Positions 20,331 to 30,459 are shown, counted from the first letter of the whole stretch. The stretch is 63,739 bases of DNA, filler included, from a bacterium (GCA_043817485.1; 7 parts of 7 records of this genome joined end to end with filler, not necessarily neighbours in it); one strand, 5' to 3'. Notes: generated by a model from the letters alone, not told the origin. A program made the numbers and translations.

Positions 20331-21602
20331 ATGGTAAAAGAAACAGAAGTAACAAAAGAAAAGAGTGAAGGTGGAATTACAAGTGCTTATGCTACAGGAG
20401 ATCAATGGTGGCCTAAAATAAAAGTTCCTTATCTTTTTTTTGGATCTATTTTTGATGAAGAAGAAGAAAAAGCAGTTCTTGCTGCGATGAAACAAGATTC
20501 ATTAACTATGGGAGCAAATACAGCAGCTTTTCAAAAAGAATTTGCAGCATATACTGGTGTTAAACATGCTTTTGCTACTACAAGTTGCACAACAGCAATG
20601 CATGTAGCAACTCAAGTTTTTAATATAAACGCTGGAGACGAAGTAATTGTAACACCAAATACTTTTATTGCTACAAGTTTAGTAATTTTAAAAGAAGGAG
20701 CAATCCCAGTCTATGTTGACATTGATCCCAAAACTTATAATATTGATCCTAATAAAATTGAAGCAAAAATAACTCCAAAAACAAAAGCAATTTATGTAGT
20801 TCATTATGCTGGATTAATGTGTGATATGGATCCAATTATGGAAATTGCTCGCAAACATAATCTTTATGTTTTAGAAGATTGTGCACATGCTCCAGGAGCA
20901 GAATATAAAGGAAGAAAAGCTGGATCAATCGGAGATATAGGTTGTTTTAGTTTTCATTCTTTGAAAAATATGACTACTTTAGGCGAAGGTGGAATGATTA
21001 CTACTAATAGAGATGATTTTGTAAAACCAATAAGTATGTTAAGATGTATGAATCTTCAAGAATGGTCAGAACATAAAAGAACAGAAGATTATTGGTATCC
21101 TTCTCATTTTGATGTAGATGATGTAAATGGAAAATGGGGTTGTAATTACAGAATGAATGAATGTCAAGCAGCAGTAGGTAGAACACAACTTAAAAAATTA
21201 GATATGTTAAGTGCAAAAAGACAAGAAATTGGTAGATATATAACAAATGGTTTAAAAGGAGTTGAAGGAATTGAAATAACTTCAGAAGTTGAGAATAGTA
21301 AACATGTATATCATCTTTATACTGTTTGTGTTAAAGAAGAAATATTGGGCGTAGATAGAGATACTTTTTTAAGAGTACTTTATCGTGAAGAAGGAGTTCA
21401 AGGAATTCTTCATTATGAACCTAATTATATGTTCACTGGTCTACAAAAAACTGGTAGATATAAAAAAGGCGATTGTCCAATTGCAGAAAAATTCTTTTAT
21501 AAAGAACAATTTAATGTTCCTATGCATCCTCGTTTAACTAAACAAGAACAAAATGATATTATAGAAGGATTGAAAAATACAGTTAAAAAAGTAAAAAAAT
21601 AA
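20331..21602 (+). CDS. DegT/DnrJ/EryC1/StrS family PLP sugar aminotransferase
   Basis: SCTTAMH, VHYAG, EDCAHA, FSFHSLKNMTTLGEGG, NYRM. Confidence 0.92.
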   Translation: MVKETEVTKEKSEGGITSAYATGDQWWPKIKVPYLFFGSIFDEEEEKAVLAAMKQDSLTMGANTAAFQKEFAAYTGVKHAFATTSCTTAMHVATQVFNINAGDEVIVTPNTFIATSLVILKEGAIPVYVDIDPKTYNIDPNKIEAKITPKTKAIYVVHYAGLMCDMDPIMEIARKHNLYVLEDCAHAPGAEYKGRKAGSIGDIGCFSFHSLKNMTTLGEGGMITTNRDDFVKPISMLRCMNLQEWSEHKRTEDYWYPSHFDVDDVNGKWGCNYRMNECQAAVGRTQLKKLDMLSAKRQEIGRYITNGLKGVEGIEITSEVENSKHVYHLYTVCVKEEILGVDRDTFLRVLYREEGVQGILHYEPNYMFTGLQKTGRYKKGDCPIAEKFFYKEQFNVPMHPRLTKQEQNDIIEGLKNTVKKVKK

Positions 21603-21685
21603 TTTTAGATTATACATTGAAAAAATTGATAACCAAAGTCAACACAGTTTTTAGCGTTTAAATGTGATTTGGTATTACACAAAAC

Positions 21686-21723
21686 AAAAAAAGCAACATA
21701 TGATTAAATATGTTGCTTTTTTT
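21686..21723. terminator. Bidirectional intrinsic terminator between convergent genes
   Basis: aaaaaaagcaacatat...atatgttgcttttttt. Confidence 0.75.
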
Positions 21724-21736
21724 ATTTATATGCAAT

Positions 21737-22705
21737 TTATTTCCATTGTGGAACAGAAAAATTTTCTTTTATATAATTTTGTGCTGGCAAAATATCTTCT
21801 TTAGAAGTTAAATCTGGAACATGTTCTTTCCAAAAAATACATTTAATAGTTTTAAGATTTTTTTCTTGAATTAAAAAATTATTAAATTTTCTTAAAAAAC
21901 TAATTTTTCTTTCAATAAAATCTCTGGTAAAAATTCGCAAATTAGTGTTATAAACCATATTTATTTCTGCAGTTGGTAATTCTTTTTCATCTCTTTCTGG
22001 ATGTTTTTGAACTGTTTCTAAATATGGCATTAAAGCATCATAATGATTTTTCCAAGCATTCATACTAACACCAATTTTTTCATTTTTATCTTTAGCAAAT
22101 TCTATTTGTTTAGAAGTAGGTTTTTCAATAATATCTACTAAATAATCATTTTTTTTTACTGTTACAGCAAATCTTTCAATTCTTTCTTTAGGGAATAAAA
22201 GAGAATCTCTATCATAATCAAGCATTACATTTTCACATGAATCTTCATATAAAGTTTTAAGTGCTTTTGCAGAATATAAATTATCACTGTTAACAATTGC
22301 AAAAACACTTTTTTTAAATTCTGGAAATTGAATTAAAGCTTGATATACAGCATCAGCAGTGCCTAATGGTTTTATTCTTTCTTTAGGAATATATTGAATA
22401 GCATAAGAAATATTTAAACCATAAAAATTATTATTTTTTAATTTTTCGCCATAATAATTTTTTATGGAAAAATCTTTTTCTCCAATAACAATAATTACTT
22501 CATCATATTCAGCTTTTTTAATTTCATAAAGCAAATAATCAAGAAAAGGTCTTTTTCCATCACCTAATCCAATCATTGCTTTAGTTTTTTCATTAGCATC
22601 TTTAATTAAAGATGAATCTAATGATGAAATTTCTGAAGATGATTTTTTCATTCTTGAAGAAATACCACCAGCCAATACAATTATTTTTCTTGACATTGAA
22701 AACAA
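21737..22705 (-). CDS. Sugar-phosphate nucleotidyltransferase family protein
   Basis: LAGGISSRMK, RPFLDYLL, KPLGTADA, NSDNLY, IIEKP. Confidence 0.8.
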   Translation of the reverse strand: MFSMSRKIIVLAGGISSRMKKSSSEISSLDSSLIKDANEKTKAMIGLGDGKRPFLDYLLYEIKKAEYDEVIIVIGEKDFSIKNYYGEKLKNNNFYGLNISYAIQYIPKERIKPLGTADAVYQALIQFPEFKKSVFAIVNSDNLYSAKALKTLYEDSCENVMLDYDRDSLLFPKERIERFAVTVKKNDYLVDIIEKPTSKQIEFAKDKNEKIGVSMNAWKNHYDALMPYLETVQKHPERDEKELPTAEINMVYNTNLRIFTRDFIERKISFLRKFNNFLIQEKNLKTIKCIFWKEHVPDLTSKEDILPAQNYIKENFSVPQWK

Positions 22706-24072
22706 TTCCTTTCAATTTTATCTACTTGAAAACCTAATCCATAACCTTGAATACTATTAGTTTGCACACATCCATCTTTTCTAATGAAAATATTTGGATG
22801 TATTTTAGTTTCAGGATCAGATGTTTTGGGAAAAAATTGTGATGAATTAGATTCAACACCTTTCATTGGATTAAGTCTTGCTCCTAATCCAACTGAATGA
22901 ATTAAAGATAATCCAGGATTAGTTAAATCTTGTATAGTGTAAGGTATTTTTAATTTTTCAGATTTTACTGCATACAACAATGCTGTAGAATGACCTTTGC
23001 AAGTCTTAAGTGCAATTCCAGACCAACCTAATTCTATTGCTAAATCAAAATCTTCCATACCAATTAAACTTTCATCTATAATTACTGGTTTAAGATTACC
23101 TATTTTCCTCATATCATATTTATGTGCTCTTAAATCTCTTTCTGTTGGTTGTTCTACATACAAAAGTTCTTTAAAAGCAATTGGAGATAAATCTTTTAAC
23201 TTCATTAAATATTCTACAATATAATCTGGATGTTCACATTGTTCATTGGTATCAGCAGAAAAATAAAGTTCGTTTTTTCCATATTGAGATTGAATTTCAT
23301 GAGCAATAGAAACTACTTCACAAGTTCTATCCAAATCCCATTTTAAATTATTTCCTTGAAGTTTTATTTTTAAACAAATTAATCCATCTCTTTTAATCCA
23401 TTGATCTAATGTAACTGGAATACCATCTTTAGGATCTTTATCATTTATTTCTGTTTCTCTTAATTTATCTAATCCACCTACTAAATGAAAAACTGGAACT
23501 TTTTCACAATAATCTTTTTTTAAATAATTAGAAATATATTCTCCCTTATAATTATTGCCTAAATAATAAGAAAGATCTTTTTCCATAAATTCTGGACCAT
23601 AACCATCATAAGAAGAAATTTTATTTACATTTCCAAAAGCATCATGTAAAGCAGCATCAATTGGTGATGCACAAACTAAACTTGCTAAAAATGGAAATTC
23701 TTCTATTAAAGAATATTTAGAAGTAATTGCTTTATTTATTTGAACAAAATGTTTTTTAATTTCTAAAAAAATATCTATTGGATGAGAATAATTTTTATAA
23801 TTTTCTGTTAATTTAGAAATTTCAATTACGGCATCTTTCATTGCTTTATCTTTAATTTCATGGGAAATGTCTTTTGTTGGAAATGCCCAAGTATCAGAAA
23901 GAAAAATACTACCCCATCCATAAGCAATTTTTCCATCTTGATTTTCTACTTTTGCCCTTACATGGCAATAAGTAAGTTCATCCATTACTACATTCCCAAA
24001 TTTAAGAGGAACTCTACATACCTCATAACTAAAAAATGGTTTAACCTCTAAAACTTTAATATCTGATTTCAC
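22681..24072 (-). CDS. Enolase-superfamily (mandelate racemase/MLE-like) enzyme
   Basis: DAALHDAFG, LKIKL, ADTNE, VEQP, IIDES, ALKTCKG. Confidence 0.82.
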   Translation of the reverse strand: MKSDIKVLEVKPFFSYEVCRVPLKFGNVVMDELTYCHVRAKVENQDGKIAYGWGSIFLSDTWAFPTKDISHEIKDKAMKDAVIEISKLTENYKNYSHPIDIFLEIKKHFVQINKAITSKYSLIEEFPFLASLVCASPIDAALHDAFGNVNKISSYDGYGPEFMEKDLSYYLGNNYKGEYISNYLKKDYCEKVPVFHLVGGLDKLRETEINDKDPKDGIPVTLDQWIKRDGLICLKIKLQGNNLKWDLDRTCEVVSIAHEIQSQYGKNELYFSADTNEQCEHPDYIVEYLMKLKDLSPIAFKELLYVEQPTERDLRAHKYDMRKIGNLKPVIIDESLIGMEDFDLAIELGWSGIALKTCKGHSTALLYAVKSEKLKIPYTIQDLTNPGLSLIHSVGLGARLNPMKGVESNSSQFFPKTSDPETKIHPNIFIRKDGCVQTNSIQGYGLGFQVDKIERNCFQCQEK

Positions 24073-24109
24073 TGTAAAACTCCTTTTATTAAAAATAAAT
24101 TAGATATAT

Positions 24110-25225
24110 TTAATGATTTAACCCTGTTTTTTTAAATGCTTTCCAAGTATATTTACATCTTGGATTCCAAAAAAGCCATTCTTTAATATCACAATCATAA
24201 CTTGCTTTAATTTGAGCAAAAATTTCATTTTCTCCATAATCATATTTTAAAGAAAAATTTTGAAGCCAAGGTCTTATTTTATATTTTTCTTCTTTTAATT
24301 GTTTTATTGCATCTTGTAAAGATAAAAAAATTATTTTATAAGGATCCTTTTCAGGCACTTTAATATTATAAGAATTTTCATAATAATGAGAAGGATAAAT
24401 CATTGGACAAATAAAATCTACATATTCAGCTATTTTTTTAAAATTTTGACCAATTCCAAAATCTCTTCCAGTAGTAGTTACTCCAAAAACATCTATTGAC
24501 AAAAAACCAAAGAGTCTTAATTCTTTTGATGCTAATTTAACAAAATCTAAAATAGCATCGTCTTTAATTTTATAAAGTTCATTTTTTTCATAACAACAAT
24601 TTTTTAAAATACCTTTATCTGGAAATCTAACATAATCAAAATTTACTTCATCAAAACCTAAATCTAAAGCTTCTTTTGCTAAAGCAATGTTATATTGCCA
24701 AACTGTTTTCATATAAGGATTTGCCCATGAACAACCTGTTTCATCCTTCCAAATTTTTCCATCTACAGTTTTAATAGATAATTCTTTTTTTTGAGAAGAT
24801 AAAATTGGATCTTTAAAAACCACTATTCTCGCAATTTTATAAAGATTATTTTGTTCACAAATAAAAATTATATTTTTTAAATTAGAAATGCGTTTTTCAA
24901 CAGCATTTATTTCATAAGCTAAAGGAATTTTTGTTTCATAACTTACAATTCCATCAGCTTCTTTAAGATCTATGACAACAGAGTTTATTTCAGATTTTTT
25001 TATATTTTCAATTATTTCAAAAAATATTTTTTGTGTTCCTACTACCCAACTTGTTAAATGAATGCCTTTAACATTCTCTGGTTTTTTTCTAATTAATGAA
25101 GTAGGCTTTTCAATTAATAAAGGTTTTTGAATAATTTGAGGAAAAAACAAAATAAAAAAATTTATTAAAAAAATACTTATTAAATACCGATATGTTTTAA
25201 TATAATTTCCTTTCCCATTTCCCAT
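24110..25225 (-). CDS. Putative glycoside hydrolase (DUF4015-like)
   Basis: VKGIHLT, NSVVIDLKE, ARIVVFKD, GFDEVNFDYVRFP, PMIYPSHY, RPWLQ. Confidence 0.85.
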   Translation of the reverse strand: MGNGKGNYIKTYRYLISIFLINFFILFFPQIIQKPLLIEKPTSLIRKKPENVKGIHLTSWVVGTQKIFFEIIENIKKSEINSVVIDLKEADGIVSYETKIPLAYEINAVEKRISNLKNIIFICEQNNLYKIARIVVFKDPILSSQKKELSIKTVDGKIWKDETGCSWANPYMKTVWQYNIALAKEALDLGFDEVNFDYVRFPDKGILKNCCYEKNELYKIKDDAILDFVKLASKELRLFGFLSIDVFGVTTTGRDFGIGQNFKKIAEYVDFICPMIYPSHYYENSYNIKVPEKDPYKIIFLSLQDAIKQLKEEKYKIRPWLQNFSLKYDYGENEIFAQIKASYDCDIKEWLFWNPRCKYTWKAFKKTGLNH

Positions 25226-25288
25226 TTTAATACTTCCATTTTTATTTATCGTTCAATTGGTAAAGGCAAATGATGAGCCCGTGTTGTT

Positions 25289-25307
25289 GTAGAGAGGGCA
25301 ATTCATG
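25289..25307. repeat. Left half of a GTAG-type REP palindrome
   Basis: gtagagagggcaattcatg, complementary to the half-site at 7778..7792. Confidence 0.6.
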
Positions 25308-25412
25308 GAGACTGTGTCGCAATAGAAATTTGGCATGAGAAGTATACAACATGTTGTGCCAATATTAGCAATAAATACTATATATGGGATAGTTTTGCCA
25401 TTAATTATCAAT
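25308..25412. mobile_element. MITE-like element, copy B (right end cut by contig end), with two NrdR-box-like sites
   Basis: Starts gagactgtgtc; atacaacatgttgtgc (25344) and atactatatatgggat (25375) at the same offsets as in copy A. Confidence 0.65.
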
Positions 25413-25610
25413 NNNNNNNNNNNNNNNNNNNNNNNNNNNNNNNNNNNNNNNNNNNNTTAATTAATTAANNNNNNNNNNNNNNNNNNNNNNNNNNNNNNNN
25501 NNNNNNNNNNNNAAAGAGAATCTGTATTAAACAAAACAGTCCAAGAAAAAAAAAGACAAAAAAAATTTGCCAAATTAAGCCCCTTTTAATAAAATAAATA
25601 AAAATTAAAA

Positions 25611-26586
25611 TTACATACTTATTAATTTTTCTATTTCTTTTAATTCCATAGGATATACTTTTATTTCTTTATTCTCTTGTCCAATACAAATTGTAATTAT
25701 ACTTCCATCTTTAATAGCATCACTATACCAAGCCGTAAGTTCAGCAGCAATTTTAATACTTTCTATTGTTTCTTTTTGAAGAATGGTTATAGGCCCTTTA
25801 TAATCTTTTGCTTGTAAAAATACATTATTTTTTTCTAAACAATCAAGCAATTGATTATTTTCTTTTTCATTTCTTCCAACTATAATTTTTATTCCATCTT
25901 TTGTTCTAAAATGTCTACCTATTTTAAGTAAATTAATATTATTTATAGTAAATTTTTTTTCATTAGCAAAAAGTTCTTTTAATCGCAAAGAAAATTGTGG
26001 TTCTGTAAGTTTACATCCACCAGCTGGTGTAGGATAATCTTTAATTCCAAATTCTTGTGCTAATTGTATTTGTAAAGATCTTTTTCTTCCTGAAATTGCA
26101 AGAAGTTTTTCTCTATCCACTAATTCTTTATTTTCTACAATAGTTTTTTCTAAAAGTTTTGCTGATAAAGGTCTTAAAAGTTTTCCTTTATATCCAGATT
26201 CTTTTTCTACTGTCATAAGTCCAAAAGCATTTTGAGATTTTGGTCTTTCTCCCAATACTTCTCCAGTAACAATAAAATCTGCTCCTATTTTTTCCATATA
26301 TTCTCCAGCTTTTTTCACCATTAAAAGATGACAATCTATACATGGATTCATATTTTTTCCATATTTATATTTAGGATTTTTTTAGTATTTCTAAAAGTTC
26401 TGGAGTAATATCTATTATTTCTAATGGAATTTTAAGATATTCATTAGCTTTTAAAGCTGCTTTTTCTTCAAAAAAACAAGATTTAAAAGTTATTCCAATA
26501 ACATCAATTCCTTGATTTAAAATAAGTTTTGTTGCTAATATTGAATCTAATCCACCAGATAAAAGAGAAACAGCTTTAACTTTCAT
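25611..26586 (-). pseudogene. ThiI/MnmA-like PP-loop tRNA thiolation protein, frameshifted in an A7 run (26377-26383)
   Basis: SGGLDS in the first ORF; NPCIDCH, TGEVLGERPKSQ, PAGGC in the second; removing one A gives LKNPKYKYGKNMNPCIDCH. Confidence 0.8.
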
Positions 26587-27361
26587 TTTTTTCAGCTTCT
26601 CCTTTAATTACTTCAAAAGTAGCATAAACACCATTGTTTTCTTTAAAATTATGATCATAATAATGTAATAAAGAAAATAATAATGTTTTTCCAAAAAGTC
26701 CAGAAGATCTATTTAAAATAGAAGGAGATCCTATATTTTTAATCCATTTTAAAAAAGAAATACTATCTGGGAAAAAAATTTTTTCTTTTGTACTTGTAAT
26801 TTTTATATTACAAAAATTTAATTCTTTTAATATTTTTTCAATACTTAAAGTACAAATATTTATTTTTTCAACATCTAAATTATTTTTATCAAAAAAACTA
26901 ATAAGTTCTAATAATGATTCTTTTCCAAAAGTAGTAAAATATATTTTACCATTTGGTTTAAGTACATTTTTTATTTCTACAAAAAGATTTTTTATATTTT
27001 TTATCCATTGAAAACTGGTATTAGAAATAACTAAATCAAAGCAATTTTTTTTATAAGGTAATTTTTCTGCATCAGATTGTTGAAAAAAAATTTTTGTTCT
27101 ATCAGAATATTTTTTTTGAGCATATAAACTCATTCCAAAAGCTATATCACAACCAAAAATTTTTGCTTGAGGAAATATTTTTTCTAAAATAGAACAAATT
27201 TCACCCGTGCCTGAACCTATATCTAAAATATATTTTATATTATTTTGATTTTTTATTTTTTCAATCAATTCATGAGCTAATTTTCTTTGTAAAAAAGCAT
27301 ATTTATCATAATGTGAAGCTACTTTAGAAAAACTTTGACTAATTTTAGATTTACTTACCAA
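26576..27361 (-). CDS. bioC: SAM-dependent methyltransferase, BioC-like
   Basis: ISQSFSK..YDKYAFLQ, LDIGSGTG, DAEKLP, FDLVISN..QW, ATFEVI. Confidence 0.75.
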   Translation of the reverse strand: MVSKSKISQSFSKVASHYDKYAFLQRKLAHELIEKIKNQNNIKYILDIGSGTGEICSILEKIFPQAKIFGCDIAFGMSLYAQKKYSDRTKIFFQQSDAEKLPYKKNCFDLVISNTSFQWIKNIKNLFVEIKNVLKPNGKIYFTTFGKESLLELISFFDKNNLDVEKINICTLSIEKILKELNFCNIKITSTKEKIFFPDSISFLKWIKNIGSPSILNRSSGLFGKTLLFSLLHYYDHNFKENNGVYATFEVIKGEAEKNES

Positions 27362-27410
27362 AATTTTCCTTTCCTATAAAATAATCTTGAAAATTCTATG
27401 GCTCTAAAAT

Positions 27411-27457
27411 ATTAAAACTTCTGCAAAATATTGATTATTATTTGCAGAAGTTTTAAT
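27411..27457. terminator. Hairpin terminator after the NrfD-family gene
   Basis: 17-bp arms attaaaacttctgcaaa / tttgcagaagttttaat. Confidence 0.65.
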
Positions 27458-27509
27458 GTTTTATTTATCACAAAAATTTAGTTAACATTTATTTATTAAT
27501 ATCAAAATT

Positions 27510-28349
27510 TTATAAACAACTTTGTCCAGATAAAAGAATAACATATCTTAGAATTAATCCACCAACAAGAACAAGCAAAGCAGCAATTTTAGATGTTTTA
27601 TGTTGAAGTTCCAAAATTAAAGGTAAAATTAACCCAATAATAACAACACCAATCCAAAATAATGCACTGTATTGACCTACAAGCATTGGTTTTAAACTTA
27701 AAGGTGCTATTTTTGCTAAACTAATAAAAAATATTACCATAATAATAAGTTCTATAATAATTGCAATACAATCAGCTTTAATTAATTTATTTAAAAAAAA
27801 TTCATTTTTTTTTGCAAATAATATTATAACACTAATACCTGTTGAAACTGCTGAAGCAAAAAATAAGCAAGGTAAAAAACAAGTACTACTCCATAGAGGA
27901 CAAGAAGTAGCTGCTAATAATACACCTGTATAAACTGCTGTAAGAACAGCAAAAATAAAACCTATATACCCAACAAATTTTCTAAGTCCATCTTTATTTT
28001 TTAAAATAGATAAAATTGGTAAATTACTATTTTCTGCTATATGAAAAGCGGGATAAATAACACCACCAACAGTAGTAAAAGCTACTAAAATCCAAACACC
28101 TTGAGACATTACTGAGGTTTCACTTAAAGTTAAAAGTAATCTCCAAAATCTTAAAGGACTACCTAAATCAAGAATAAGTAATAATAAACCAATCATTATA
28201 GAAATAAGAACTAAATAAGAAGCAATTTTTGCAATAATTTTATATTTTTTACCACCAAAAAATTCAGACAATATTCCAGTAAAAAAAGCACCAGATACTA
28301 CACCTCCAATAAATAAATAAATTGCAATTGGTATTCCCCACATATGCAT
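27510..28349 (-). CDS. NrfD/PsrC family membrane anchor
   Basis: WGIPIAIYLFIGG, DLGSPLRF, SVMSQG, YTGVLL..PLW, about 8 TM segments. Confidence 0.88.
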   Translation of the reverse strand: MHMWGIPIAIYLFIGGVVSGAFFTGILSEFFGGKKYKIIAKIASYLVLISIMIGLLLLILDLGSPLRFWRLLLTLSETSVMSQGVWILVAFTTVGGVIYPAFHIAENSNLPILSILKNKDGLRKFVGYIGFIFAVLTAVYTGVLLAATSCPLWSSTCFLPCLFFASAVSTGISVIILFAKKNEFFLNKLIKADCIAIIIELIIMVIFFISLAKIAPLSLKPMLVGQYSALFWIGVVIIGLILPLILELQHKTSKIAALLVLVGGLILRYVILLSGQSCL

Positions 28350-28350
28350 A

Positions 28351-29145
28351 TTAATTACCTCCTTCTTCTTTTGTTTGTGAATTTTCTTTTGTTTTTTTGA
28401 AAAGCAACCAAAAAGGTAATATAGTCATTATTGCTACTGTTCCCAATCCAAAAAACCATTTTTTTAAAGAATTTTCTGTTGCAGATTTAGGATTTACTGG
28501 TAATCTAAATTTTTCTGGGCTATCTAATAAAACAGAAATAACTCCAAGTCCACCAAGTTCATTTTCCCCATATAAACAAGCGTTCAAATATCCATTAGTT
28601 TTAAGTATTTCAATTCTTTTTTTACCAATATCTAAAATTTTGTCTCTATCTTCAAATTGTAAAGCTCCACTAATACAAGATTTAATACAAGCTGGTTTAA
28701 GTCCTTGCAAAACTCTATCTATGCAAAAAGTACATTTCATAACAATACCTTTCTCTTCACTAAATCCACAAAATTGAAATGGACAAGCAACTACACAATT
28801 TTTACAACCAACACAAATATTTTTATCAATTAAAATTGCTTCATCAATATAAGTACTTCCAATTTGAGTTTCTTTTACAGCTTTTGCTGGACATACATTT
28901 ACACAGCTTGCTTCTTCACATTGCATACATTGTTGTTTGTAAAAAAACCATTTAAAATCACCATTATTTTCATTTTCTATAAAAGCAATTTTTGTCCAAG
29001 TATTACCAGTTATATGAGATGGATTTTCATAAGTTCCAGAACAATATGTTTTTTCAGCAGGTAATTGGTTCCACTGTTTACAAGCTATTTGACAACCACG
29101 ACAACCAGTACATTTGCTTGTATCAATAAGCATTGCTTTTTTCAT
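28351..29145 (-). CDS. 4x[4Fe-4S] electron-transfer subunit (FdnH/HybA/NrfC-like) with C-terminal TM helix
   Basis: CTGCRGCQIAC, CMQCEEASCVNVCP, CVGCKNCVVACP, KCTFC..PACIKSC. Confidence 0.9.
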   Translation of the reverse strand: MKKAMLIDTSKCTGCRGCQIACKQWNQLPAEKTYCSGTYENPSHITGNTWTKIAFIENENNGDFKWFFYKQQCMQCEEASCVNVCPAKAVKETQIGSTYIDEAILIDKNICVGCKNCVVACPFQFCGFSEEKGIVMKCTFCIDRVLQGLKPACIKSCISGALQFEDRDKILDIGKKRIEILKTNGYLNACLYGENELGGLGVISVLLDSPEKFRLPVNPKSATENSLKKWFFGLGTVAIMTILPFWLLFKKTKENSQTKEEGGN

Positions 29146-29221
29146 AATTACTCAATCCTCCACATTTTAAAAATTAATATTAAACTTAAATTAAATAAAA
29201 AATTGAGAGATTTAAAGAAAA

Positions 29222-29298
29222 TGGTGGGCGGTACTGGATTCGAACCAGTGACCTTTTGCGTGTCGAGCAAATGCTCTAACCAACTGAGCTAACCACCC
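29222..29298 (-). tRNA. tRNA-Val(GAC)
   Basis: Cloverleaf GGGTGGT..TAGCTCAGTTGGTTAGAGC..TTTGC-TCGACAC-GCAAA..GGTTCGAATCC..ACCGCCC-ACCA. Confidence 0.96.
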
Positions 29299-30265
29299 CT
29301 ATTTCTTTCCACTCACCTATTTTTCTAAACTTATTATAACGAGTTTCAATTAATTTATCACAAGATAATTTTGTCAAAATATTCAAATGTTTTATTAAAG
29401 ATTTTTTTAAATTTTTTGCTATACTTTCCTTATCACAATGAGATCCACCAACTGGTTCTGAGATAATTTCATCTATAATCCCTAATTTTAATAATTCTTG
29501 AGCAGTTAATTTAAGAGAAATAGATGCATCTGCAGCTTTTGATTTATTATCCCATAAAATAGCAGCACAACCTTCTGGAGAAATAACAGAATAAATAGCA
29601 TGTTCTAACATTAAAATTTTATCTCCAATTCCTAATGCTAATGCACCGCCACTTCCTCCTTCTCCTGTTACTATAACTAAAATAGGAGTTTTAATATCTA
29701 TCATCTCTCTCAAATTAATAGCGATAGAAGTTCCTTGTCCTCTTTCTTCAGCTTCAATTCCTGGATACGCTCCAGGAGTATCAATGAAAATAATTATAGG
29801 AATTAAAAATTTATCAGCTAATTTCATTAATCGTAAAGATTTTTTATATCCTTCTGGATGAGCCATTCCAAAATTTTTTTTAATATTATCTTGTAAATTT
29901 TTTCCTTTTTGATGACCAATTACCATTACTGGTTTATCATCAAAATTAGCTAATCCTCCAAGAATTGCTAAATCATCTTTAAAATTTCTATCTCCATGAA
30001 ATTCTACAAAATTTTCCATCATTAAATTAATATAATCATTTATTCCAGGTCGATTTGTATGTCTAGCTACTTGAACTTTTTGCCATGGAGTTAAATTATT
30101 ATAAATTTTTTTTTTAATTTCAAAAGATTCTTTTTCTAATTGTTTAATTTCTTTTTCTAAATTAATTTTTTTATTATTAGCAATATTTTTTAATTCTTCT
30201 ATTTTTTTTTCTAATTCTATAATTGGTTTTTCAAAATCTAAAATAACCATATTTTCCCCATTCAT
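29276..30265 (-). CDS. accA: Acetyl-CoA carboxylase carboxyltransferase alpha
   Basis: LDFEKPI, FHGDR, DTPGAYPG, GEGGSGGAL, SVISPEGCAAILW. Confidence 0.96.
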   Translation of the reverse strand: MNGENMVILDFEKPIIELEKKIEELKNIANNKKINLEKEIKQLEKESFEIKKKIYNNLTPWQKVQVARHTNRPGINDYINLMMENFVEFHGDRNFKDDLAILGGLANFDDKPVMVIGHQKGKNLQDNIKKNFGMAHPEGYKKSLRLMKLADKFLIPIIIFIDTPGAYPGIEAEERGQGTSIAINLREMIDIKTPILVIVTGEGGSGGALALGIGDKILMLEHAIYSVISPEGCAAILWDNKSKAADASISLKLTAQELLKLGIIDEIISEPVGGSHCDKESIAKNLKKSLIKHLNILTKLSCDKLIETRYNKFRKIGEWKEIGVVSSVG

Positions 30266-30459
30266 ATTTTTAAATTAATTTTTAAAATTATTAAGTTTTA
30301 GTTTTCTATTATATCTTATTTTACTTGTCAAGAAAATTTTTAGATATATAATAATTTACTAATACAATTATACATTTTACTTGACATTAACAAAATAAGA
30401 AGTATTAAAATTTTCTAAAATTAGAACAATTATATTTTTTTAAAAAGGAGTTAATTTTT

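Noticed and set aside
29065-29292. 75-aa plus-strand ORF
   Set aside because: Antisense shadow of tRNA-Val and the Fe-S gene
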